Shown here: piece by piece, positions 16,943 through 26,636 of the stretch
Numbering within the stretch: position 1 is the first letter of the stretch
Layout: each line of letters opens with the position of its first letter
From: Methanothermobacter marburgensis str. Marburg
GTDB taxonomy: Archaea > Methanobacteriota > Methanobacteria > Methanobacteriales > Methanothermobacteraceae
Direction: 5' to 3'
Length of the DNA: 32,000 nt
Assembly (NCBI RefSeq): GCF_000145295.1
Contig: NC_014408.1
Location: 1,080,001 to 1,112,000 of the forward strand
The notes under the pieces: generated by a model
What the model was told of the DNA's origin: nothing
Databases searched by the model: none
The model's input: the letters and a program-made list of their open reading frames with translations, nothing else
Translations under genes and position numbers: made by a program

Positions 16943-18262
16943 CTATGCTATGAACGGCACCGCGAGTGTTGTAATCACAAGGACCGTCAGGATGATACCC
17001 ACCACTATCACTGGAATCCCTGCCCGGGGTATGTCACGGAGCTTAACGTAGCCAGAACCATAGGCCATTGCAACGGTTGGATCAGCCATTGGTAGCATGA
17101 AGGACAGTGAACATGCTATGGCAACCGGAACCGCGTATATCCCCACCGGCTGATGCTGTGCACCTGCAAGGGTCACTGAAAGCGGAACCAGGATCGCTGA
17201 TAGTGCTATATTTGACATCACCTGAGTTATAAGCACTGCAAGGACCATGAGGACCAGCATGACAAGAATCGTTGATGGGTCAGATCCCAGCATCCTGACA
17301 AGGTCATTTATCAGCCATGCGGCGGCACCAGTCTTGAGGAGGGCGCTTCCAAGGGAAAGTGCACCCCCAAAGAACACAATGAGGCCCCAGTCAATATTCT
17401 TCTGGGCGTCCTTCCAGGTTATAACACCGGCGAAGATGAACATCACCGCGGCTATCAGTGAAACCGAGTAGCTGTTGATGCCTGTCCAGCCAGCTGTCAC
17501 CCAGAGCAGAATTGCGAATAGGAGTATCCCGGCGCTGACCTTCTCCTCCCTTTTAACCTCACCAAGTTCCATCAGTTTCTTCCCTATAACTGCGTCACCG
17601 TCACATAGGGCTGTGACCTCACTGGGGAATATCCTCATGAGGACAAACCATATTACAAAGAGCATTGCAACTGCAAGGGGGAACCCGAAGATCATCCAGT
17701 TGATGAAGGGTATCTGGGTGTAGGCAGCCGCCATGAGGTTGGGGGCTGTCCCTATCTCTGTACCGAAGCCACCTGCAAGGGACCCGAATGATGCCCCCAG
17801 TATCATTGCCTTTGCATAGTTACTCCTCCCCCTCTCAGGCTCAGAACAGCCCATTATATCCACTATCTCCTTTATGATTGGAAGGAGCATTGCAAATGCC
17901 ACCACGTTCTCGATCCACGCTGAGAGAAGGCCCGTGGAGAATATGCTCACAAAGAGGCCTCTCTCGGGTGATGTTCCAAGTCTCCTTAAAAGGTAGTATG
18001 TGAATCTCTGTGCAAGGCCACTCTTCCTTATGGCCTCAGCCATTATGAAACCGCCTATCATGAGGAAGAGTATGGGGTTTGCGAATCCTATAACAGCATT
18101 TTCAAAGCTCTCAACGCCGATAAGTGGCTGTGCAAAGAGTATTATGAGAGATGTTACCGCCAGTGGAACAGACTCCGTTGCCCACATTGAAACCGCGAAA
18201 ACAAGTAAGGATATTGCTGCGTGTCCTGAGGCCTTAAGGCCAGGTAATGGTATCAGGTACAC
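16943..18262 (-). CDS. DASS/SLC13-type (ArsB/NhaD superfamily) anion transporter; 5' end probably disrupted or mis-started
   Basis: 439-aa hydrophobic ORF with a typical ...[15 protein letters not shown]... hairpin motif. The first in-frame start (GTG 18262) lacks an SD. Family-like N-terminal sequence continues upstream in frame without a start codon (see findings). Confidence 0.75.
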   Translation of the reverse strand: MYLIPLPGLKASGHAAISLLVFAVSMWATESVPLAVTSLIILFAQPLIGVESFENAVIGFANPILFLMIGGFIMAEAIRKSGLAQRFTYYLLRRLGTSPERGLFVSIFSTGLLSAWIENVVAFAMLLPIIKEIVDIMGCSEPERGRSNYAKAMILGASFGSLAGGFGTEIGTAPNLMAAAYTQIPFINWMIFGFPLAVAMLFVIWFVLMRIFPSEVTALCDGDAVIGKKLMELGEVKREEKVSAGILLFAILLWVTAGWTGINSYSVSLIAAVMFIFAGVITWKDAQKNIDWGLIVFFGGALSLGSALLKTGAAAWLINDLVRMLGSDPSTILVMLVLMVLAVLITQVMSNIALSAILVPLSVTLAGAQHQPVGIYAVPVAIACSLSFMLPMADPTVAMAYGSGYVKLRDIPRAGIPVIVVGIILTVLVITTLAVPFIA

Positions 18263-18368
18263 TGCAAGTGCAAGAAGAAAACTCAGAATAAATCCTTTCT
18301 TTGCATTCGTAATATTACCTCCTCTTGTTGGTAACTGTAAGTTTCCAGTAGCTTATAATTTTTTACCA

Positions 18369-18376
18369 TATATAAA
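18369..18376 (-). promoter_or_regulatory. TATA box (TTTATATA on the minus strand) for the transporter gene
   Basis: It is the consensus methanogen TATA. It lies about 45 nt upstream of the AGGAGGT SD at 18317-18323. Confidence 0.5.
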
Positions 18377-18535
18377 GAGATTGCCTGTAATACTAAGCCC
18401 CTCATTTTGCTGACTACAAGTCCATAGGGAGGTATGCACAGACATAGGTCCTGATGCTTGCAGGTTTCTGCTTGCAATCAATCCATAAGGATGGTCAGCA
18501 AAAACTTACATCAGAAAGAGGTGGTGCTTTAACAT

Positions 18536-19258
18536 TTAAATATTCATCAAAAACCATATGAAAGCCAGTATTATGGGCTGATGAACAAAGTAAATGGCCA
18601 GTGAGTTTTTTCCCAGAAATTCAAGTGCAGGGTTTCTTCCTGGGAACTTTCCCTTCCATCTCCTCCTGTATCCGGGATAGAGGGTATCCCCTGTGAAGAT
18701 ACCGAGAAGGACAATACCGATCCATGGAAGCAGGGGAAAGTAGTCGAGTGTGTAAAATCCAGGGGGCTTCAGTCCAAACCAGACAAAAAATTGGGTGTCC
18801 ACCCTCAAGCCTGAAACCCACATCCCTGTCGCCAGAGCCAGTAGGGCTGCGATAACCGAGAGTACCCTTCTTCCTGCAAATGGGTATGTGATGATAACAG
18901 CAGCGCCTATGAAATGCAGCACCCCGAACACTATGAATCCCTTATGGGGGTATATCCAGGTGGCAGCAGTTATCAGGAGGCCGTAGAGGAATATCCTGAT
19001 ACCCCTCTTAATGTAATGTCCAGGGCACCCAGAACCCCTTCTGGAGTGGCTGAGGCTGAGTGATACTCCCACAAGGAATATGAAGAGAAATGCGGCCAGC
19101 CTCCCGGTGAGCCAGATCAGCGGTGAGTTCATATCCAGTTCCACCGCTCCAAGGAAATTGAGGTCAAAGATCACATGGTATATGATCATCATCACAACAG
19201 CGATGCCCCTCATGGCATCCACCTCATGGAACCTCTCGCTGGACGATGCTACCCCCAT
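18536..19258 (-). CDS. DUF1624 / HGSNAT-like membrane acyltransferase family protein (family name from memory)
   Basis: The conserved start region RFHEVDAMRGIAVVMMIIYH is present, followed by multiple TM helices. I prefer the ATG at 19258 (SD GGAGGT, 5-nt spacer) over the longest-ORF start at 19327. Confidence 0.65.
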   Translation of the reverse strand: MGVASSSERFHEVDAMRGIAVVMMIIYHVIFDLNFLGAVELDMNSPLIWLTGRLAAFLFIFLVGVSLSLSHSRRGSGCPGHYIKRGIRIFLYGLLITAATWIYPHKGFIVFGVLHFIGAAVIITYPFAGRRVLSVIAALLALATGMWVSGLRVDTQFFVWFGLKPPGFYTLDYFPLLPWIGIVLLGIFTGDTLYPGYRRRWKGKFPGRNPALEFLGKNSLAIYFVHQPIILAFIWFLMNI

Positions 19259-19355
19259 GAATAACCTCCATTTATAAATTGTGTGGAGCCCGGTAAAAGC
19301 AGTTCCCACTGCAGGGAGGACCTCCACAGGGAGTGTTCGGGAAGAAAATAGAAAA

Positions 19356-19365
19356 TTTTATATAT
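19356..19365 (+). promoter_or_regulatory. TATA box (TTTTATATAT) for the tRNA-Gly pair
   Basis: It is preceded by an A-rich BRE-like GAAAA. It lies 34-43 nt upstream of the first tRNA 5' end. Confidence 0.55.
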
Positions 19366-19397
19366 GATGATTTCAAACCTTTTCTATGCCTACGAAT

Positions 19398-19473
<76 letters not shown>

Positions 19474-19474
19474 A

Positions 19475-19548
19475 GCGGTTGTAGTCTAGTCTGGTTAGGA
19501 CTCGGGCCTTCCAAGCCCGCGACCCGGGTTCAAATCCCGGCAACCGCA
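19475..19548 (+). tRNA. tRNA-Gly (anticodon UCC)
   Basis: Hand-folded cloverleaf: acceptor GCGGUUG/CAACCGC, anticodon loop CUUCCAA, and a T-arm identical to the preceding tRNA. It starts 2 nt after the first tRNA. Confidence 0.92.
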
Positions 19549-19828
19549 TAAAAACTGTTTCTGATGCCAGTAACTTGTTAATTCTAGTGTATATGCTAAA
19601 CTGTTCCTTTAAAGTGACCCATTAATTCACAATAAACCTGTTTCTGGCTGATTTTAACTGTTTATTCCGATTGAAACTCCATTAGATGTAATCTGCACCT
19701 CCTCCCATGGGAAGTGGCCAGCCATATATCAGCTATATATATTAGAAACCCCGATAGTAGAGCAAAGGATAAGTACTTTAATTCTAGATAATAACAGGAT
19801 CCAGACTAATATTAATGGTGTGATACTC

Positions 19829-20869
19829 ATGGCTGGAATCGTTGGATATGGAGTTTACATTCCATCATACAGAATAAAGGTTGAAGAAATAGCGAGGGTC
19901 TGGGGAGACGACCCCCAGGCCATATCAAGGGGACTGGTTGTTGAAGAGAAATCAGTTCCAGGTCCAGATGAGGACACCGCAACAATCTCAGTGGAGGCTG
20001 CCCGAAACGCCCTCAAAAGAAGCCAGATAGACCCCTCAAGGATAGGGGCCGTCTATGTTGGTTCAGAATCCCACCCCTATGCAGTCAAACCAACAGCAAC
20101 AATCGTCGCAGAGGCCGTGGAGGCAACTCCTGAAATGACAGCTGCTGACCTTGAATTCGCATGTAAAGCAGGAACCGCAGGTATACAGGCCTGTATGGGA
20201 CTTGTTGACTCAGGAATCATTGAATACGGCCTTGCTGTTGGCGCAGATACAGCCCAGGGGGCACCGGGGGATGCCCTTGAATACACAGCATCAGCAGGCG
20301 GGGCGGCCTACGTCATAGGAAATGAGAACTGTCTTGCAGAGATAAAGGAAACCTACAGTTTCACCACCGACACCCCCGACTTCTACAGGAGGGAGGGAAT
20401 GCCATACCCCCGACACGGTGGAAGGTTCACAGGTGAACCCGCTTACTTCAAACACGTTCTTGGCGCTGCAAGGGGTATGATGGAAAAGACGGGCCTCTCT
20501 GCAGGTGACTTTGACTACGCGGTTTTCCACCAGCCAAACGGAAAGTTCTACCTGAAGGCAGCGAAAAAACTTGGATTTGAAAGCGAACAGGTGAAACCGG
20601 GGCTTTTAACACCGGTAATAGGTAACACATACTCCGGTGCAACACCAATAGGCCTTGCAGCAACACTGGACGTTGCAGAACCAGGGGCAAGGATACTTGC
20701 AGTTTCCTATGGTTCAGGGGCCGGGAGTGACGCATTCATAATAGAGGTCACAGACGAGATAGAGAAAAAGAGGGACCTCGCCCCAGCCGTTTCTGAAATC
20801 ATCAGCAAGAGGAAATACGTTGACTATGCACTCTATGCCAAGTTCAAGGGCAAACTCAGGATGGCTTAA
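19829..20869 (+). CDS. Hydroxymethylglutaryl-CoA synthase (archaeal mevalonate pathway)
   Basis: [12 protein letters not shown]... is a typical archaeal HMGCS start and the active-site Cys context [10 protein letters not shown] is present. I prefer the ATG at 19829 (GGTGTGAT upstream) over the GTG at 19820. Confidence 0.9.
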   Translation: MAGIVGYGVYIPSYRIKVEEIARVWGDDPQAISRGLVVEEKSVPGPDEDTATISVEAARNALKRSQIDPSRIGAVYVGSESHPYAVKPTATIVAEAVEATPEMTAADLEFACKAGTAGIQACMGLVDSGIIEYGLAVGADTAQGAPGDALEYTASAGGAAYVIGNENCLAEIKETYSFTTDTPDFYRREGMPYPRHGGRFTGEPAYFKHVLGAARGMMEKTGLSAGDFDYAVFHQPNGKFYLKAAKKLGFESEQVKPGLLTPVIGNTYSGATPIGLAATLDVAEPGARILAVSYGSGAGSDAFIIEVTDEIEKKRDLAPAVSEIISKRKYVDYALYAKFKGKLRMA

Positions 20870-22033
<1,164 letters not shown>

Positions 22034-22040
22034 CCACTAT

Positions 22041-22053
22041 CCCCCCCTTTTTT
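22041..22053 (+). terminator. C7-T6 terminator after the thiolase gene
   Basis: CCCCCCCTTTTTT starts 8 nt after the stop. Confidence 0.55.
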
Positions 22054-22328
22054 CTGCACGGATAAGTTAAATGACTTTTTCAATCCTGTAATAACTCTTT
22101 TTATGCTTATACCCATAAACTAAATTGCAATACCCCTTTTTCTCTCTAAAGGTTCTTAAAGAACTCACAGAATAAGTTTTTGTATAGAGATGAGAAGTAA
22201 AAATCAAATTCCATTTTTTATTGTCTTAAAAACTGATGGAGTCAGCAGTCCAGCGCAGTTTGCATTTAGAAACTTAAATACTCGAGGTTCGAAAAGTAAC
22301 TCTTCCACGAAGGAATTACCAGCACATG

Positions 22329-22348
22329 AAAAACCTTTGTAAAAAAAA
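22329..22348 (-). terminator. Oligo-T terminator of the thermosome gene
   Basis: The minus strand reads CCTCCTTTTTTTTACAAAGGTTTTT, starting about 15 nt after the stop. Confidence 0.6.
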
Positions 22349-22367
22349 GGAGGAATTGTGGGGGTGC

Positions 22368-23978
22368 CTACATTGGAGGCATTCCGCCCATGTCGCCCAT
22401 ATCCATGTCCTCATCGGATCCGGAGGATGATGCGGCTATGACGTCGTCTATGCGGAGGATCATCTCAGCTGCCTCTGCAGCGGACTGGATGGCCTGTTTC
22501 TTGACCTTGTGGGGCTCTATTACACCGGCCTCTTTCATGTCAACGATTTCGCCATCGAAGACATCAAGTCCCATGTATGGTGACTCCTCGTGGGCAGCCC
22601 TGAGGTCCACCAGGACGTCGATGCTGTCAAGTCCAGCGTTCTCTGCAAGGGTCTTTGGAACGATCTCAAGGGCGTCTGCAAAGGCTGAGACTGCAAGCTG
22701 TTCCCTTCCGCTTATTGAATCAGCATAGTCCTTGAGCCTCTTTGCGACCTCTATTTCAGGTGCTCCGCCACCTGCAACGACCTTGCCGTCCTCGACTGTT
22801 GCTGCAACGACTCCTATTGCGTCTTCGATTGCCCTTTCAACTTCGCTTACAACGTGTTCTGTTGAACCCCTCACGAGTATTGTGACTGCCTTTGGCTCCT
22901 TGCATTCCTCAACGAAGATCATCTCTTCGCCTGAGATCTTCTTCTCTGAGACAATGCCTGCTTCGCCTAGGTCGTCATCACTGAGGTCCTCAATGTTTGT
23001 GACGATGTTTGCACCTGTTGCCTTGGAGAGTTTCTCCATATCTGATTTTTTAACCCTCCTTACTGCAAGAACGTCTGCCTTGGCCAGGTAGTGCTGTGCA
23101 AGGTCATCGATACCCTTCTGACAGAAGAGCACGTTTGCGCCTGTCTCGACTATGGAGTTGACCATGTCGCGGATCATCTGCTCTTCCTGTTCAATGAAGG
23201 CCTGCATCTGTGATGGGTCTGTTATCCTGATTTCTGCGTCGACTTCTGTCTCTTTGACTTCTATTGGGCAGTTCAGGAGTGCTATTTTGGCGTTTTCAAC
23301 CTTTTTGGGCATTCCTGGGTGAACCCTTTCCTTGTCGATGATGACACCCTGGACGAGTGTTGAGTCGTCCACGGCTGCGCCTTCCTTCTTCTCTATCTTT
23401 ATGTGGTCCTTCTCGACCTCGCCGTCTTCCTCAACCTGCTGGACAGCGTCAACTATGAGTTCAGCCAGTGGTTCCCTTGCCTTTTCTGTTCCCTTACCGG
23501 TCATTGCGGTCATTGCGACCTTTATGAGTGTGTCCCTGTCGCTTGCGTCAATTGCAATGTCGTTGAGTATTTCCTGGGCCTTTTCAGCGGCCTGTCTGTA
23601 ACCCATTGCAATTATTGTTGGGTGGATTTCCATTTCAAGGAGTGTTTCAGCTTTTTTAAGAAGTTCACCTGCTATGATGACGGCTGTTGTTGTACCGTCA
23701 CCGACTTCGTCCTCCTGGGTCTTTGCCACCTCAACAAGCATCTTTGCTGCGGGGTGCTCTATGTCCATTTCCTTGAGTATTGTGACACCGTCGTTTGTCA
23801 CCACGATGTCCCCAAGGGAGTCAACCAGCATTTTGTCCATTCCCTTTGGTCCAAGGGTTGTCCTGACGGTTTCTGCCAGTATTTTACCTGCAAGGATGTT
23901 CATTCTCTGTGCGTCCCTTCCAAGGTACCTGCTTGTACCTTCAGGCAGTACAAGAATTGGCTGCTGTCCCTGTGCCAT
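22368..23978 (-). CDS. Thermosome subunit (group II chaperonin)
   Basis: 536-aa ORF with [10 protein letters not shown] and [13 protein letters not shown] motifs and a [10 protein letters not shown]-terminal tail. The SD GAGGTGAT lies 3 nt upstream of the ATG. Confidence 0.95.
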   Translation of the reverse strand: MAQGQQPILVLPEGTSRYLGRDAQRMNILAGKILAETVRTTLGPKGMDKMLVDSLGDIVVTNDGVTILKEMDIEHPAAKMLVEVAKTQEDEVGDGTTTAVIIAGELLKKAETLLEMEIHPTIIAMGYRQAAEKAQEILNDIAIDASDRDTLIKVAMTAMTGKGTEKAREPLAELIVDAVQQVEEDGEVEKDHIKIEKKEGAAVDDSTLVQGVIIDKERVHPGMPKKVENAKIALLNCPIEVKETEVDAEIRITDPSQMQAFIEQEEQMIRDMVNSIVETGANVLFCQKGIDDLAQHYLAKADVLAVRRVKKSDMEKLSKATGANIVTNIEDLSDDDLGEAGIVSEKKISGEEMIFVEECKEPKAVTILVRGSTEHVVSEVERAIEDAIGVVAATVEDGKVVAGGGAPEIEVAKRLKDYADSISGREQLAVSAFADALEIVPKTLAENAGLDSIDVLVDLRAAHEESPYMGLDVFDGEIVDMKEAGVIEPHKVKKQAIQSAAEAAEMILRIDDVIAASSSGSDEDMDMGDMGGMPPM

Positions 23979-24033
23979 TTAATCACCTCAATTTTTATTA
24001 TCATTAGTGCATTTATCAATGGGTTAGAGGTTC

Positions 24034-24041
24034 TATAAATA
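24034..24041 (-). promoter_or_regulatory. TATA box for the thermosome gene (CAAAATATTTATAGAA on the minus strand)
   Basis: A BRE-like CAAAA plus TATTTATA lies about 55-60 nt upstream of the ATG. The core AAATATTT is palindromic, so it may also serve the divergent gene. Confidence 0.5.
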
Positions 24042-24084
24042 TTTTGCGGTTAATGTATTTATTCAATGGTGACCCTATTAAAAT

Positions 24085-25305
24085 ATGGGTAGGACAATGT
24101 TTAAATCAGTAGCCCCTGTCTGCCTTTTGGCATTCATGATTTTAATTTTATTAACTGAAGGCTCTTATGCCATTGAAGAAGTTGAGGATCCCCTGAATAG
24201 CTCTGATGTTCTCGCGGCAAGCGTCATGGTTTCCAGTTTTATGGAAAAAAATAAGAAACTCCCTGAAAACGTCAGTGTGGGTAACAGGACACTTGACACC
24301 CCCTCCTATGCCTACGCCCTCAGCAAGGTACTTACAGGTTCAAAGGTGGTGGAAAACCAGACCATTAATGGGCCCCAACTGGATATAAGGCGCATATCAG
24401 TGAAACTAACAAAAAATCAGTACCTGGAGATAGCATCAAAATTCCGTAACTTCACATCCAGGACACAATGCTGTCCAGCAACCATCTCCTTCAGTGGGGG
24501 TAAAATCGACTTCTACAATGCAGTGTATCTCCTATCAAAGATCGGGCGCTACAGACAACTCCATGGTAAACTTCCCGTGGCCATGCAAATAAGCACCCCA
24601 CTGCCTTTAAATGCATACCACATCAATTCCAAAGCCATTGACACAAGGATAAAGAACCTGAAATCCCAGATCAGAAAAACAATTAACCTCATGAACATTA
24701 TTAATAAGAGAATCAGATATTCTGGAAACAAAAAAACCATCATGAGGCTTCAGGGTAAACTGAGGTCACTTGAAAAAAAATACAGTTACCTGAATGGTCA
24801 GCTCAGATACTATGATGGCCTCAGGAGCAGCCCCTGGTATGTCCCAGCATCCCTCCGACGTTACATCAGGTCCACAGCCCACTGCAACATCAATGATCCC
24901 AATATAGTTTACCTTGCCAGGGAACTCTCAGGAAACACCACCCACTCCACTGCACTGAATCTCTTTAGCTGGGTCAGGGACAATATTGACTACTCCTTCT
25001 ACTACAGGACCCGCTACGGTGCCTCAGGCACACTCAGGTACAGGACAGCAAACTGTGTGGACCAGGCCCACCTCATGGTGGCCCTTGCAAGGACCAGCGG
25101 TATACCGGCCCGTTATGTCCGTGGGTACTGCAGGTTCATAAGCGGGAACTGGTACTCCCATGTGTGGGCCCAGGTATGGATAAGGGGTCGCGGCTGGGTG
25201 ACAGCAGACACCACCCACACCATGAACAACCTCGGACACGTTTATAACTGGAACACCAGTGTGTCAGAGGTCAGGGAAGTACTTCTGGAATATGATCTGC
25301 ACTGA
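24085..25305 (+). CDS. Secreted pseudomurein-binding-repeat protein with C-terminal transglutaminase-like cysteine protease core
   Basis: N-terminal signal-like segment (CLLAFMILILLTEGSYA). Two PMBR-like repeats (...AASVMVSSFMEKNKKLPENVSV...YAYALSKVL and ...YLEIASKFRNF...FYNAVYLLSKI). A basic coiled-coil linker follows. The Cys-His-Asp core is NCVDQAHLMVALARTSGIPARYVRGY...SHVWAQVW...WVTADTT. Confidence 0.75.
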   Translation: MGRTMFKSVAPVCLLAFMILILLTEGSYAIEEVEDPLNSSDVLAASVMVSSFMEKNKKLPENVSVGNRTLDTPSYAYALSKVLTGSKVVENQTINGPQLDIRRISVKLTKNQYLEIASKFRNFTSRTQCCPATISFSGGKIDFYNAVYLLSKIGRYRQLHGKLPVAMQISTPLPLNAYHINSKAIDTRIKNLKSQIRKTINLMNIINKRIRYSGNKKTIMRLQGKLRSLEKKYSYLNGQLRYYDGLRSSPWYVPASLRRYIRSTAHCNINDPNIVYLARELSGNTTHSTALNLFSWVRDNIDYSFYYRTRYGASGTLRYRTANCVDQAHLMVALARTSGIPARYVRGYCRFISGNWYSHVWAQVWIRGRGWVTADTTHTMNNLGHVYNWNTSVSEVREVLLEYDLH

Positions 25306-25338
25306 AACCTTATATCCCCTCATGAGATATCATGATCC

Positions 25339-25911
25339 ATGAAAATCATTGATATGACCCGTAGAATTGAGGATTCCATGCCAGTCTTTCCAGGGGATCC
25401 TCCTGTCAGAATAAGGATACTTGAAGATATGGATTACATTAACTCAGAGATAGAGACAGGATTGCATGCTGGAACCCACATAGATGCACCGGCACATTTA
25501 AATTGCTGTGGTGAGACCGTTGATAGGATAGGCCTTGAAAGACTGACAGGGCAGGGCTTCCTTATATCATCCAAAACAGTTAAAATTCCTGATGGAGACA
25601 TTGCGGTTCTGAGAACCAGGTGGGACTCAAAGTGGGGTCTGGAGGAATACTTCAAAGACTATAGAGGCATTCCCATGGGTCTTGCAGAGAAACTGGTTGA
25701 CCATGGAGTGAAGGGGGTGTGCACAGACGGGCCAAGCGTTGACATGCCTGGAGAAACAGCTGTACACAGACTTCTCCTTGAAAACGGGATCTGGATAGTT
25801 GAAAACATAAAAAACACGGGTCTGGTTCCAGAAAGATTCAGAATATTCGTTGTTCCACTGAATGTGATGGCGGAGGCCTCGCCCGTAAGGGTATTTGCCG
25901 TTACAGACTGA
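25339..25911 (+). CDS. Cyclase family protein (kynurenine formamidase-like metal hydrolase fold)
   Basis: 190-aa ORF with the HAGTHIDAPAH motif and the FPGDPP start region typical of the putative cyclase family. Confidence 0.75.
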   Translation: MKIIDMTRRIEDSMPVFPGDPPVRIRILEDMDYINSEIETGLHAGTHIDAPAHLNCCGETVDRIGLERLTGQGFLISSKTVKIPDGDIAVLRTRWDSKWGLEEYFKDYRGIPMGLAEKLVDHGVKGVCTDGPSVDMPGETAVHRLLLENGIWIVENIKNTGLVPERFRIFVVPLNVMAEASPVRVFAVTD

Positions 25912-25959
25912 CAATCATCGAATGCCCCAACCATGAGCCTATTCGCCATTACAGAGCGA

Positions 25960-26481
25960 TCATCTCTCTATTTTCTCCCAGAGCACCCTTCCATCGTCTC
26001 TCACTGACCTGAAGTAACCCTTTCTCTCAAGGTTCCTCAGTATCTGAACCATGTTCTCAAGTTTCATGTCTCTGAACCCTATCTCATTTAAAAAACTGAG
26101 CAGTTCCTCTGCTGTGGATCTTTCACCAGGTAGCAGACGGTAGATCTGTGACTGGAAGGATGTCAGATCCCTTTCAGGTTTCTGGGTAAGCGCATGGAAG
26201 TACTCCCTGTACCTTTTAAGGTCAGATATGCAGGATTCCTTCTCGGCTATGATTGCATTGAGGTCCTGTATTATTTTATCCTTCTCAGCCATGAGACCCT
26301 CAAGTTCAGCTATCTTCTGTTCCCTGAGTTTGAGGGTCTCCTCAAGTTTCCTCACCCTGCCTGAGTTCTCTGAATTCTCCCTGCACTTCCTGAGATCCAT
26401 CTTGAGCTTGCTTATCTCAAGCATGCATGCCTTGACAAGAAGCTTGAGCTGTTCCTTTTCCGAATCCCTCATGAACTTCAT
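25960..26481 (-). CDS. Hypothetical protein: N-terminal coiled coil plus C-terminal winged-helix-like domain
   Basis: 173-aa ORF. Residues about 10-95 show heptad-like K/E/L repeats. The C-terminus LTSFQSQIYRLL...ELLSFLNEIG...VQILRNLERKGYFRSV...GRVLWEKI looks like a wHTH. GGGG-rich SD-like sequence lies upstream of the ATG. Confidence 0.6.
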   Translation of the reverse strand: MKFMRDSEKEQLKLLVKACMLEISKLKMDLRKCRENSENSGRVRKLEETLKLREQKIAELEGLMAEKDKIIQDLNAIIAEKESCISDLKRYREYFHALTQKPERDLTSFQSQIYRLLPGERSTAEELLSFLNEIGFRDMKLENMVQILRNLERKGYFRSVRDDGRVLWEKIER

Positions 26482-26636
26482 GGTACCCCTTTCCCCTTAA
26501 TTAAATATCACATGGAACCTTAAAAACCTTCCTAAATTCATCCCGGGATACCAGATAGAGTTATATAGCGAAAGAATCTCCACATATTCCCTAAAATGGG
26601 AACGTGGAAAACAAAACAATAAGTCCCCCATAAGCA

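Noticed and set aside
18283-18477. 64-aa minus-strand ORF in the intergenic region
   Set aside because: Its start has no SD or promoter logic. It runs across the transporter TATA box and SD. Only its last 7 codons (ATG CAA AGA AAG GAT TTA TTC TGA) are meaningful, as the out-of-frame start discussed in the frameshift finding.
22054-22328. AT-rich spacer as a replication origin
   Set aside because: There is no adjacent orc1/cdc6 gene and I could not recognise repeated ORB or mini-ORB-like elements. It has only one short palindrome.
22347-22440. Strong SD-like AAGGAGGAAT followed by a GTG-initiated 26-codon ORF on the plus strand
   Set aside because: The AGGAGG is simply the complement of the CCTCC-T8 thermosome terminator. 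The ORF runs antisense into the thermosome 3' end and has no recognisable features.
24034-24041. Shared bidirectional TATA for the thermosome gene and the divergent PMBR/transglutaminase gene
   Set aside because: This is plausible because the core AAATATTT is palindromic. However, the plus-strand gene has its own TATA-like TGTATTTATTC (about 24054-24064) at a leaderless-compatible distance from the ATG at 24085, so the shared-box idea is not required.
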